DNA from: an uncultured delta proteobacterium
GTDB lineage: Bacteria > Myxococcota_A > Polyangia > Fen-1088
Direction of reading: 5' to 3'
Length of the DNA: 64,000 bases
NCBI GenBank assembly: GCA_963755125.1
Contig: CAVWIP010000012.1
Location: 1 to 64,000, forward strand
In this document: in pieces, positions 19,435 through 28,984 of the stretch
How the letters are laid out: each line of letters begins with the position of its first letter
How positions within the stretch are numbered: the first letter of the stretch is position 1
The notes under the pieces: model-generated
The model's database searches: none
Told to the model about the DNA's origin: nothing
Seen by the model: the letters and a program-made list of their open reading frames with translations, nothing else
Program-made: the position numbers and the translations under genes

Positions 19435-20534
19435 GAGGCGCCCGCGCAGGCGCCCATCCAGACGTAGGGGGTCCGGCCTGCCAGACCTTCAGGCAAAGCA
19501 AACACCCGGGGTGGGTCGGGCAAGAGATCAGCCTGCAGCGAGACGAAAGGCGTGAGCCCCGCCCGCCGTGCGAGGCGAGCCCCCAGGCCGACACGGCCAC
19601 CCAGTTCCATTCCTGTCTCCAATCTCGCAGTGGCCAGAGCCAGTGCTCGCTCGGACACCAGCGCAAACGCGAAGCCAAGCTCGCCGTAGAAATCGACCCA
19701 TTTGCCTGGCAGGCTCGCGCGCACCCCGAGGTCCACGGGCAACCTCCACTGCCGGAGACGCACTCCCCCGATGCTCGTGTCGGCGGGCCACAGAGCAGCC
19801 ACTCCGACAACGGGAACGACCAAGCCGCGGCCCAAGGCAAATCGGAGAGCGCCCCCCCAGTGCGCCGCGCCCTCCTCCGCGCCCAGCCCGGTGACCAAAG
19901 CGGGGCCAACTTCGAGGCGGACGAGCGGCCGGAGCGGAAAAACAGGAGGGGCCTTGCTTTCAACCCGGGTCGGTGGCGCTGGTGCCGGTGCAGGCAAACA
20001 CGGCGGCCACTCACACCCAGCGGCATTGAGCAGCGCGGCGGGATCGATGATCAACGCCGCAAAGAGAGCCGCCACCTTGGCCCGGTACACGCACTCCCTC
20101 GCCTCTTCGCGATACTCGCGAACCTTCCCGAGCACGGACACGCGAAACGTCGCACCAAGGTCTTCTATCTGGATCGACGTGTTCTCCTGGCCAGGCCCGC
20201 GCAACCGCGAAATCAAGTGCTCGCGCGGCACCAGCGTGACAAGCTCTAGCCAGATGGCCTCCGGCAGAGGGCAAAGACTCGCGCCAATGACCGGGTCAGG
20301 GGCTCCCTGCGGCCCCGGCCTGTTGCTCTCGCTCGTCGACGTCCCCGCAGTTCCCTGCGTGTCGTCGGCGGCATGCACCCACCCCGCTATCGCGAGCAGT
20401 GCTGCTGCGATGACGCATTGTTGTCGACACCGACATCGCCTCACACCGAGACGATATCCGAAGCGAGCTTCATGGATATTGCTATTCCGCCGAACCATTG
20501 CAGGGTCGAACCAACTTCTCCATGAAGCTATCAC
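19419..20534 (-). CDS. Hypothetical exported protein with a Pro-rich hinge and putative C-terminal small beta-barrel (true start probably downstream)
   Basis: Signal-like segment, then amphipathic strands (WGGALRFALG, LPVDLGVRA, FYGELGFAF, ELGGRVGLG, PFVSLQADL) ending in GASW. Confidence 0.6.
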   Translation of the reverse strand: MIASWRSWFDPAMVRRNSNIHEARFGYRLGVRRCRCRQQCVIAAALLAIAGWVHAADDTQGTAGTSTSESNRPGPQGAPDPVIGASLCPLPEAIWLELVTLVPREHLISRLRGPGQENTSIQIEDLGATFRVSVLGKVREYREEARECVYRAKVAALFAALIIDPAALLNAAGCEWPPCLPAPAPAPPTRVESKAPPVFPLRPLVRLEVGPALVTGLGAEEGAAHWGGALRFALGRGLVVPVVGVAALWPADTSIGGVRLRQWRLPVDLGVRASLPGKWVDFYGELGFAFALVSERALALATARLETGMELGGRVGLGARLARRAGLTPFVSLQADLLPDPPRVFALPEGLAGRTPYVWMGACAGASWGIR

Positions 20535-20559
20535 CTCTCATGTGCCCTACAGGAGTTAA

Positions 20560-21207
20560 GTGCAATCCTTAGTCTCCTCTCAACTTCAAATGGGCCAGGG
20601 CGGTCGTTCTGCCGCTGACCGACGGCGGTGTGTGCCGGGCGGTGGCGAATTTGAACGCATCTATCACGATTGGTTCGAGGAGGTCTGTTGCTGGGTCCGG
20701 GCGCTGGGCGGCCCGGATGCCGATCGCGACGACATCGCACAGGAGGTTTTCCTGGTGGTGCGCCGTCGCCTGGATTCTTTTGACGGCGCGAACGTGGCAG
20801 GTTGGCTGTATCGGATCACCCAGCGCCAGGTCCGGGATTTTCGCCGTCGCACCTGGTTCAGGCACATCTTCACCAGGCGCCGCCTGGAGGAACCGGACAC
20901 CCTGCCGCACGCAAGCCAGAATCCCGCGGCCGTGCTCGAGCGCAAGGAAAACCAGCGCGTCCTGTACGCGCTGCTGGGAAAGATCCGAGAGGTGCGACGT
21001 AGCACCTTCATCCTTTTTGAAATCGAGGGCCTGTCAGGCGTCCAGATTGCGCAGATTCAGGGAGTTCCACTGAAGACGGTTTGGACCCGGCTTCATCACG
21101 CTCGCAAGGACTTCTTTGCCCTCGCTGCCAAGCAGCACAGATTTCTGACCAGGCGCGAGCAACGGAATGAATCCAGTGCAAACACGATTGGGAGACTAGG
21201 ACCATGA
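20560..21207 (+). CDS. ECF RNA polymerase sigma factor
   Basis: FERIY, DDIAQEVFL, GWLYRIT, FILFEIEGLS..QIA, TVWTRLHHAR. Confidence 0.93.
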   Translation: MQSLVSSQLQMGQGGRSAADRRRCVPGGGEFERIYHDWFEEVCCWVRALGGPDADRDDIAQEVFLVVRRRLDSFDGANVAGWLYRITQRQVRDFRRRTWFRHIFTRRRLEEPDTLPHASQNPAAVLERKENQRVLYALLGKIREVRRSTFILFEIEGLSGVQIAQIQGVPLKTVWTRLHHARKDFFALAAKQHRFLTRREQRNESSANTIGRLGP

Positions 21208-21983
21208 TGTCGCAACAAGAACCTCCGCCCACGGGCCTGTCCGCTCTGGAACAGGATCCTGTGCGATTGACCATGGACCAGGACAGCGTGCGGGAGCCCT
21301 CTGCACAATGGGCGCTGTCTTTGCTTCGCGAGGCTACTCCCTACCAGGCTGCCCCAGGACACAAAGAACGCGCGTGGCTGGCTCTGCCAGCGCCCCGCTC
21401 CTACCGTCCGGCCAGGCTGCGCTTCGCCCTGGCCGTGGTTGCGTTGCTCGCCTCGGGCGTATTTGCAACTGGCGCGCTGGCGCAATGGCCGGTGTGGCTG
21501 GCAAACGCAATCGATCGCATCGTTCCCGGCGCGCCGGGTTCCCTGTCGACGACTCCCGCCGAAGGACTGCGCCGTGCGCGCAGCGAGAGGGTGGCGGTGC
21601 CTGCCTTGCTGCCACCGCCCGAGTCGGAGCCCGTTGTCACCCGGCAGACCCCGGCCAGCGAGGAGACGCCTTCCGTTGCAAAGCTCAGGCGAGCCACAAG
21701 GTCTGCTTCGCCCGAGGATTTGGGCCCTCTCCTGGACGCCATGCGGGCCCTGCGCGTGGAGCACAATCCCGTTCGCGCCCGCGCGCTGCTGGCCGCGTAT
21801 CTGGATCGGCATGGCAAGGGCGAGCTGTCCGAAGAGGCTCTGGTCATGTTGATCGAGGCGGCCGCTGCCCACCACGACAGCGATGCTCCGGCGCTTGCCG
21901 CCCGCTACCTCAAGCTCTATCCGCGCGGAACCTTCCGCGGGCTGGTCGAGCGAACCCTGGCTACCGCCGCCAACGGCCCGTAG
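21204..21983 (+). CDS. Putative anti-sigma-like membrane protein with C-terminal TPR-like helices
   Basis: ATGA overlap with the sigma gene, one TM segment, Pro-rich linker, ARALLAAYLDRH..G.LSEEA and ARYLKLYPRG. Confidence 0.65.
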   Translation: MMSQQEPPPTGLSALEQDPVRLTMDQDSVREPSAQWALSLLREATPYQAAPGHKERAWLALPAPRSYRPARLRFALAVVALLASGVFATGALAQWPVWLANAIDRIVPGAPGSLSTTPAEGLRRARSERVAVPALLPPPESEPVVTRQTPASEETPSVAKLRRATRSASPEDLGPLLDAMRALRVEHNPVRARALLAAYLDRHGKGELSEEALVMLIEAAAAHHDSDAPALAARYLKLYPRGTFRGLVERTLATAANGP

Positions 21984-22043
21984 CACGGCGACCAAGCACA
22001 GGATCGGAATGCGCGGTCTGGCCGGGTATGCCAGAATGCAAAC

Positions 22044-23759
22044 ATGCACCTGACGACAGCACACCACCCGATGTCGCGTGGGGGAAGGTGGCGTTTTCGA
22101 CTGGCGGCGGAATTTGGGGCGCCAATCCTGAGCGCGGGAGTTTTTCTCTTGTCCTCTGTCCTCGCGGCGGGCTGCGCGCGGGTCACGGCAAGCGGGGGCG
22201 ACGATCAGGATACTGCGGGCGGGACCTCGGGCAGCACATGTCAAGGTTCGGGCGGTTGCTCGGCAAAGAGCGGCGCTCGGGACGCGAGCCAGGACTTCCC
22301 CGTCGGCGGGACGGGCGGCTCGATGGCGGAGGGTGGCTCCATAGCGACGGGCGGCTCGACGGTAACCCCAGGCGCGACCGGCACGGCCGGCTCCACGAGC
22401 GAAGGTGGCAGCAGTTCGCCCGGCACCTCCGGTACGGCCTGCGGCGGTAGCTGCGGCGGAAGCGCCTCGACACCCGATGCGGGCGGTTCCGCGCCCACCG
22501 ATGCGGCCCTGGTTTGCATAGGTCCCACGGTTTACGAGGATCCTTCTTTGCGCCAGCCTGGACCCCGCCCCGACGCCGGCGCGGACTCATGCGGTGCCTG
22601 GGCTATGACCAACGGAGTGTGCTGCGCCCAGTATTGCAGTAATGACAATACTTCCGAAAGCTGCGACAATTGCGGAGGCCCGGGTTCAGCTCAATGCACG
22701 GTGGTCAACAGCAAGGCGTGCACCTCGGGCCAATGGCCGGAGGTCCATTGTGTCGGCGACAATGAGCCCTGGCACTATTCCCGCTCGACGCATTTCGGGC
22801 TGACCTACGGCGGGGCGTGCGCGTTCGGTCTCTACGGCCTCTGCACCAAGGCCTACACATTCACCGACACCCAGCTCGGGGGGCTGTGCAACACTTTCTG
22901 CATACTGTACCCTGATCTCTGCCAAGACCCCGCCACCACCACGTTGCGGGGGAACTTTGCCGCCCCCGACGGCAGCTACTACACGCAGTTCTGGCCCGAT
23001 CTTCCAGGCGACAACGACAACTATCTGAGCTGTGGCGAGTGTTTTCAGCTCGTGCGCACGCAGGACGATGGCACTGACTACCAGCCTGGCGACACTGGCT
23101 ACACGCCGCCCATCACACTCCAAGTTGTGGATTCCTGCCCGTGCTCGGCCAATTCCAAGTGGTGTTGCGGCTCGGGACGCGACCATTGCGGCGAAGTTTC
23201 GGATTTCAAGTACGGCTGTCCGCTTCCGCCCGCCGAGGTGCCCCGGGTGAGCGACGATCCCGAGCCCAACGAGAGCCTGCATCTGGATCTGTCGGACATC
23301 GCCATGTCGCGCCTGCAGACGGGTGACGCCAACGGGCTGATGGTGGATGGGGTGATCCCAACCCGATACCGTCGCGTGCCTTGCCCGGTAACGGGAAACA
23401 TCTACATCCTACTGAAGAACGGAGGCGAGTACTACTTCGCTTTCAGCGTGGTCAACGTTTCCGGCCTCGGATCGCTGGTGAATGTCGAAGCCAGACTCCC
23501 GTCCGGCACCTGGGTGTCTCTGATACGTGACCCAAACTACACCCAGGCCCGGCCGCAGGAGCGCTTTGGCACCTGGGTGCTTCCACAAGGGGCTGGGCCG
23601 TTCACACTGCCCCTGGCCCTGCGATTCACGGATCCATCGGGAACCGCCCTGGTGGCCGAGCAAGCCATAACCAGTTGGACTCCGCCAGCTACCACCGACG
23701 CGAACCTGACCTACTTCTACAGCCAATTTTACTACATCGACACCGGCGTGCAGTTCTGA
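22044..23759 (+). CDS. Expansin-like (DPBB/GH45-like plus CBM63-like) Cys-rich lipoprotein with Gly/Ser/Thr linker
   Basis: LAAGC lipobox, GGACAFG, SCGECFQL, VVDSCP, HLDLS, YRRVPCP, YFAFSVVN. Confidence 0.75.
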   Translation: MHLTTAHHPMSRGGRWRFRLAAEFGAPILSAGVFLLSSVLAAGCARVTASGGDDQDTAGGTSGSTCQGSGGCSAKSGARDASQDFPVGGTGGSMAEGGSIATGGSTVTPGATGTAGSTSEGGSSSPGTSGTACGGSCGGSASTPDAGGSAPTDAALVCIGPTVYEDPSLRQPGPRPDAGADSCGAWAMTNGVCCAQYCSNDNTSESCDNCGGPGSAQCTVVNSKACTSGQWPEVHCVGDNEPWHYSRSTHFGLTYGGACAFGLYGLCTKAYTFTDTQLGGLCNTFCILYPDLCQDPATTTLRGNFAAPDGSYYTQFWPDLPGDNDNYLSCGECFQLVRTQDDGTDYQPGDTGYTPPITLQVVDSCPCSANSKWCCGSGRDHCGEVSDFKYGCPLPPAEVPRVSDDPEPNESLHLDLSDIAMSRLQTGDANGLMVDGVIPTRYRRVPCPVTGNIYILLKNGGEYYFAFSVVNVSGLGSLVNVEARLPSGTWVSLIRDPNYTQARPQERFGTWVLPQGAGPFTLPLALRFTDPSGTALVAEQAITSWTPPATTDANLTYFYSQFYYIDTGVQF

Positions 23760-23845
23760 GATCAGCAAGCCGTTGTGGCTGCGGACAAGGCGGGCGAGTT
23801 CCCTTGGACAGCCACCCGGGGGAAAAAGACGGAGAGCGGTCTTGC

Positions 23846-25177
23846 CTATGTCGCTTGCGGAGCGGCGGCTGTCTCGGTCACAGCCCCGAACGGGGCAAAG
23901 AAGGAAATGATGATGGGCGGCAGCGAGGCGAGCAGCACGAATCCGAAAAACGCCTGATAGCCAAGCCAGGCCTGGATGCGCCCGCTTACCATCCCGGTCA
24001 ACATCATGTTGAGCGCCATGATCCCAGTGGCAAAGGCATAGTGGGCCGTGCGATAGCGTCCCGGCGACAGCTCCTGCATCATGTACAACATCATCCCGAC
24101 AGTACCCAGGCCGTAGCCCAGTTTCTCAATCAACACCACACAGGTAATCAAAACGAGATCATGCGGCAGGGTCTGGCTCAAGTAAAAGAACGTCACGTGC
24201 GGCACATTGAGCGCAAAGGCCAATAGCACGAACACCCGCCGCAGGCTGTAGCGCGCGGCCAGCAGCCCGCCTAATAGAGTTCCCCCGACAAACGCCACAG
24301 TCCCGAAGGTTCCATTGATGTTGCCCAGGGCCATGTTGTCGAGCCCCAGGCCCCCGACAGCCCGCTTGTCCATCAGGAACAGGGGGCCGATCTTCTCGAT
24401 GAATCCCTCGGCGAATCGATAGAAGAAGACCGCGGTGATCATCATCCACACGCGCGGCTTCTTGAAGAAACTGACCCAAGCGTCCGCGGTGGCGGCCAAT
24501 GCCGCACGCACGCTGGCGGGCGCATCCGCGGCCTTGGCCCCTGGCGGAAGAAGATAGAAATGCCAGACAGCGGCGGCGGCCAGGATTGCGGCGATCAGCA
24601 TCATCACCATCATCCAGGCCGTGAACCAGGCCGGGTTGGGCCCAGTGGCGGGCGCTGGCTTGCCCGCCGCAGCCCAGTCAAACAGCACCTTGGTCAAGCT
24701 GACCAGTGCGCCCGAGACCAGAACCCTGCCCAAATTCCAGAATGCCCCTTGCAGTCCGACGTAGAGCGCCTGTTCCTTGGGCGTGGTCGAGGTCAGATAC
24801 ACGCCATCGCCGGCGATGTCCTGCGTCGCCGAGGCGAAGCCCGACATCCAGAAGAAGGCGATGGTGAGCGGCAGGTAGGCTGGCAGCCTGAGGGCGAAGG
24901 CCGCGCAGGAAAACGTGACGACCATGGTGAGCTCCATGGCGAGCACGAAGAAGCGCTTGCTGCGAAACAGCTCCACCAGCGGCGCCCACAAAGGCTTGAC
25001 CACCCAGGGCAGGTACATCGCGCCGGTGTAGGCCGCGATCTCGGGGTTGGTCAGCCCCAGGTTCTTGTACATGATGGCTGCCACCACCGACACCGCGATC
25101 ATGGGCGTTCCCATGGCGAAGTAGAGACTGGGCACCCACAGCAGTGGATGCGCGCGTTTGCTTTCTGAACGGGCCAT
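23846..25177 (-). CDS. AmpG-like MFS permease
   Basis: LPWVVKPLWAPLV, ASATQDIAGDG, TAHYAFATG and many TM helices. Confidence 0.88.
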   Translation of the reverse strand: MARSESKRAHPLLWVPSLYFAMGTPMIAVSVVAAIMYKNLGLTNPEIAAYTGAMYLPWVVKPLWAPLVELFRSKRFFVLAMELTMVVTFSCAAFALRLPAYLPLTIAFFWMSGFASATQDIAGDGVYLTSTTPKEQALYVGLQGAFWNLGRVLVSGALVSLTKVLFDWAAAGKPAPATGPNPAWFTAWMMVMMLIAAILAAAAVWHFYLLPPGAKAADAPASVRAALAATADAWVSFFKKPRVWMMITAVFFYRFAEGFIEKIGPLFLMDKRAVGGLGLDNMALGNINGTFGTVAFVGGTLLGGLLAARYSLRRVFVLLAFALNVPHVTFFYLSQTLPHDLVLITCVVLIEKLGYGLGTVGMMLYMMQELSPGRYRTAHYAFATGIMALNMMLTGMVSGRIQAWLGYQAFFGFVLLASLPPIIISFFAPFGAVTETAAAPQAT

Positions 25178-25256
25178 GGAATGCGACTAGCGATCTGTGA
25201 AGAACCTACAGGACATTCGCGCAGAATGCCTCTCTCTGCCACTATAATGCAGTCGC

Positions 25257-27410
25257 ATGAACCTGCGGGTTGCACTCCGTCGCAATCGGCTGGCCCGGGG
25301 CTTTGCCGTGGGGCTGGCCGCAGCGATGGTGGTGCTGCTGGCGCTGCCGCGGGGCACGTTGCGCACCACCGAGCTGAAGACGCTGGACGCCCGTTTCCGC
25401 GCCTTTTCCGGGACGCGCCGGCCCAACCCCGACGTGGTGCTGGTGGCAATCGACCAGAAGAGCATCAATTTCTACCGCAGGCAGATGCAAGTCGGGTGGC
25501 CCTGGCCCCGCAGCTTCTACCAGATCCTGGTCGACTACCTCGCGCAGGGCGGAGCGCGGGCGATTCTGTTTGATATGTATTTCTCCGAGCCGTCGTCCGA
25601 CACAAAGGAAACCGACGGCGCCGAGGCCGATGCGGGGTTTGGCGCGGCCATCGCACGCGCGCGAACCGTCCATCTGGCCGCGCAACTGCTCGACGACGCC
25701 GATGCCGAGCAGAACAACGACGTGGCACCCGAGGCGCGGCTGCTGTGGCCGGCACGAGCGAGCCTGCCCACGCGACCCGTGGCTTTTCACAACGCCATCC
25801 TGCCTCTCGCGGTGTTGCAGGCGGGGGCCGCCGGCCTGGGCGTGGTGAATCACGTCGAGGACGAAGACGAGATCTGCCGGCGCGTCCCTTTGGTTCATGG
25901 GTTTTCCCAAGGGTATCTGCCCAGTTTGGCCTACGGCGCATACGCGGCCGTCGCTGGCAAGCCCGCCGCGGCACCGGCCAGCCTGGGCATTCCGCTCGAC
26001 GGCCCGGATTTTCTCCTCACCTGGTACGGCCCGCCGGGGCCTGACCGGACCTTTCCCACCTACTCGGCGCACGCCCTGATCGTGTCGGCGGCCAAGCTGC
26101 GGCTCGGCCAGGCCCCGGACCTGGCGCCTACCACCTTCAAGAACAAGCTGGTCATCGTGGGGGGCACGGCTGCGGGCCTCTACGATGCGCGCAACACGCC
26201 CATGGCTCGCCAGCGGCCGTTTCCCGGCATGGAGATCCACGCCACCCTGCTATCCAACCTGCTCAACCGCGACTTCCTCCGGCCGCTCGACCGCCGGCTC
26301 GCGACGGCCTGGACCGCGATCCTCGCTGTCATTGTCGGCATGCTTTTCATGCGCGTGCGCCGCCTGCGCGTGGCCTTGCCGCTCATCGCGGTCGCGCTGG
26401 CCGGCGTGGTCGGAATTGCCTTTCTCTGCTTCCGCACCCGTTTGCTCTGGCTGCCCATTGCCGAGCCCCTGGTGGCGGGCGGTCTCAGCCTGGTGCTGGC
26501 CGCGCTGGTGAGCTACCAGATCGAGGGACGACGCCGGCGCCAGGTGCGCAGCGTATTTTCGCGCTACCTGTCACCCGATGTCGTGCGCGAGCTGTTGCTT
26601 GACCCCGATCGGGTGGACCTGGGCGGCAAGGAAGTGGAGGCGACGGTGTTCTTTTCCGATGTGAGAGACTTCACCAGCATCTCGGAGAAGCTGCCGCCCC
26701 AGGTGCTGGTCGGTTACCTCAACCAGTACTTCGATGCCGCCAGCCAGGCGCTGCTGTCACGCAAGGCTCTCATCGACAAGTACATCGGCGACTCCATCAT
26801 GGCGGTGTTCGGCGCGCCGGCCGAAGATCCCGATCACGCGCGCAATGCCTGTCTGGGCGCGCTGGCCGTGGCCGAGTTAGGCCGACAGGCAGCCACCCGC
26901 GACCCCGACCGCCCCGCCTTCTTCAGCCGCATGGGGCTCAACTCGGGACGCCTGGTGGTGGGCAACGTCGGATCGCACCTACACCTTTCCTACACCGCCA
27001 TCGGCGACAACGTGAACCTGGCCTCGCGCTTGGAGGGAGTGAACAAGCAGTACGGCACGCAGATCTTGATCTCCGAATCGACCTGGCGGGCAGCCAGCGA
27101 TGCCGTCGAAACGCGCGAGCTCGATTTCATTCGGGTCAAGGGCAAGGCGCTGCCCACGCGCGTCTACGAGCTGGTCGCGGCCAAGGGCCAACTCACGGCG
27201 GAGCAGCAGGCCGTTCACGCCGCCTTCGCCGAGGCGCTCGCCGCCTATCGGGCGCAGCGCTGGGACCATGCCTTGACCGGCTTCCGCCAGGTCTTGCACA
27301 TCGCTCCCACCGACGGCCCGTCGCAGGTGTTCACCAAACGCTGCGAAATTCTGCGCGTTGCTCCGCTGCCCACCGACTGGGATGGCGTCTTCAAGCTGGA
27401 CGTGAAGTAG
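25257..27410 (+). CDS. CHASE2-domain class III adenylate/guanylate cyclase with C-terminal TPR-like tail
   Basis: VAIDQKS..WPWPR, PGMEIHA, three TMs, FFSDVRDFT, DKYIGDSIMA, GDNVNLASRLEG, VKGK. Confidence 0.95.
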   Translation: MNLRVALRRNRLARGFAVGLAAAMVVLLALPRGTLRTTELKTLDARFRAFSGTRRPNPDVVLVAIDQKSINFYRRQMQVGWPWPRSFYQILVDYLAQGGARAILFDMYFSEPSSDTKETDGAEADAGFGAAIARARTVHLAAQLLDDADAEQNNDVAPEARLLWPARASLPTRPVAFHNAILPLAVLQAGAAGLGVVNHVEDEDEICRRVPLVHGFSQGYLPSLAYGAYAAVAGKPAAAPASLGIPLDGPDFLLTWYGPPGPDRTFPTYSAHALIVSAAKLRLGQAPDLAPTTFKNKLVIVGGTAAGLYDARNTPMARQRPFPGMEIHATLLSNLLNRDFLRPLDRRLATAWTAILAVIVGMLFMRVRRLRVALPLIAVALAGVVGIAFLCFRTRLLWLPIAEPLVAGGLSLVLAALVSYQIEGRRRRQVRSVFSRYLSPDVVRELLLDPDRVDLGGKEVEATVFFSDVRDFTSISEKLPPQVLVGYLNQYFDAASQALLSRKALIDKYIGDSIMAVFGAPAEDPDHARNACLGALAVAELGRQAATRDPDRPAFFSRMGLNSGRLVVGNVGSHLHLSYTAIGDNVNLASRLEGVNKQYGTQILISESTWRAASDAVETRELDFIRVKGKALPTRVYELVAAKGQLTAEQQAVHAAFAEALAAYRAQRWDHALTGFRQVLHIAPTDGPSQVFTKRCEILRVAPLPTDWDGVFKLDVK

Positions 27411-27411
27411 G

Positions 27412-27660
27412 TCAGACTTTTTCGTCAGGCAGCGGCTGGGCGCCAGGCACGGTCCCAGCGACGTCCGGATTTTCGTCCGGGCGTGGCTGAGGGCCGGGCA
27501 CGATCCCGGCGATGTCGGGATCCTCGCCCGGCTCTAGAGCCCCGCGCCTCTCGCGCTCTTGCTGGCGCTGGAGCAGCCGCTCAGCCTTTTCCTTTTGCCA
27601 CTGCTGGCGGCTGATCTCCTTCTTGCGCTTTTCAGCGGCGCTCTTGTTGAATGGCTTCAC
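27412..27660 (-). CDS. Small basic hypothetical protein
   Basis: GTG start just after the RRM gene, EKRKKE..RQ..QKEKAER and a duplicated (D/N)PD(I/V)AG.VPG.QP motif. Confidence 0.7.
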   Translation of the reverse strand: MKPFNKSAAEKRKKEISRQQWQKEKAERLLQRQQERERRGALEPGEDPDIAGIVPGPQPRPDENPDVAGTVPGAQPLPDEKV

Positions 27661-27667
27661 GGATGGT

Positions 27668-28030
27668 CTACCAACGCTCCCCTCGACCACCGCCGCCCCC
27701 GCCGCGCCCACCGCGGCCACCACGGCCGCCGCCACCGCCACCACCGCCGAAGCCGCCCCGGCCACCGCCGCCGCCGCTGGTGCGCTCACGCGCCTCGTTG
27801 ACGGTCAGGGTGCGGCCCTGGAAATCCTTGCCGTTGAGGTTCGCAATAGCGGCTTCTGCGCCGGCATCGGTCGACATCTCGACGAACGCGAATCCGCGCG
27901 GCCGCCCGCTTTCCCGGTCCATGACCAGCTTGGCCTCGGCCACTTCATGGCCTGTGCCCGCGAAGAGATCGTGCAGATCCTGTTCGTTGGCCGAGTAGGG
28001 CAAATTGCCGACGTAGAGTCTCTTTCCCAT
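27668..28030 (-). CDS. RRM RNA-binding protein with Gly/Arg tail
   Basis: RNP2 LYVGNL, RNP1 RGFAFVEM, LTVNEAR and an RGG tail. Confidence 0.96.
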   Translation of the reverse strand: MGKRLYVGNLPYSANEQDLHDLFAGTGHEVAEAKLVMDRESGRPRGFAFVEMSTDAGAEAAIANLNGKDFQGRTLTVNEARERTSGGGGGRGGFGGGGGGGGRGGRGGRGGGGGGRGERW

Positions 28031-28228
28031 GGGTGCTTCTCCTTGTGCCAGGTTCTCGTTCTCAGTCGACTACCCAGCAGCGGCTTCACAAGGAACCCAA
28101 GTGGGCGACGATCAGAGTATTCTGTGTCAAGATGAGCCGGTTGCCCGCAAGTGTCCAGATTTTTTTGCCGCGCTAGCCGGGCACCCCGAGGCAGCCTCCC
28201 TGCCCGACGCCGCACTGCGCGCCTCGAA

Positions 28229-28888
28229 CTATTTGCAAAATTCGCGGCCAGAAGCTGGCAGCGGATTGCCGGGCCAAGGCCAGCTGGCGCGTGCCTCGGG
28301 CGGCAGGTGCCCGTGCCGGTGGACGTACTCGGCCACGAAGGCGTGCGTCAGCCGGTTGACATATCCGCCGCCGCGCAGGGGGCCGAAGTCCGTTTCATAC
28401 CGCCGCGCGATCTCATCAAACAAGGCATCCCGGTGCGCCTTGGCGCAGATACTGGCTGCCGCGACCGCGGTGTGAAGCGATTCGGCCCTATCGCGCGCTT
28501 GTAGATGCGGATAGCGAGCCTGAAGCGGCGAGAACAAGCCGCGACCGTCCGCGATGATGCGGCCACAGGCCGGCGCTCGCTCGATCAGGCGCACGGCGCG
28601 CTCACGCTCCAGCAGGTTGAGCGCGCCACGGCTCACGTAGTCGTCGATTGTTTCCACGTTGCAAACTTCCAGGCCGACCCAGCTCGCCAGTTCCTCGACG
28701 GAATTTTTGAGGATCGCGCGCGTTCTTCGCGCACTAACTGATGAACCAAATGTCTTGGAATCGCGCACCCCTTGCCTGGCGAGCAGACCCGCCGCCTTCT
28801 CGTCGAGTACGACGGCGGCAAGCACCATGGGACCGAGCCCCGGCCCGCGGCCTGCCTCGTCGAGACCGAGGACAAGACTGGATGTCAT
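28229..28888 (-). CDS. rnhB: Ribonuclease HII family protein
   Basis: GLDEAGRGP, RDSK, VAAASICAK..RD. Confidence 0.85.
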   Translation of the reverse strand: MTSSLVLGLDEAGRGPGLGPMVLAAVVLDEKAAGLLARQGVRDSKTFGSSVSARRTRAILKNSVEELASWVGLEVCNVETIDDYVSRGALNLLERERAVRLIERAPACGRIIADGRGLFSPLQARYPHLQARDRAESLHTAVAAASICAKAHRDALFDEIARRYETDFGPLRGGGYVNRLTHAFVAEYVHRHGHLPPEARASWPWPGNPLPASGREFCK

Positions 28889-28984
28889 CTGCGTTTCACC
28901 AAGGGCCGGCATCGGCCTTCGTGCCTGAGTTTCCAACCGATGGGCGTTTTGGGGAAGGTGAAACGCGAGGAGAGATGTACGCAG

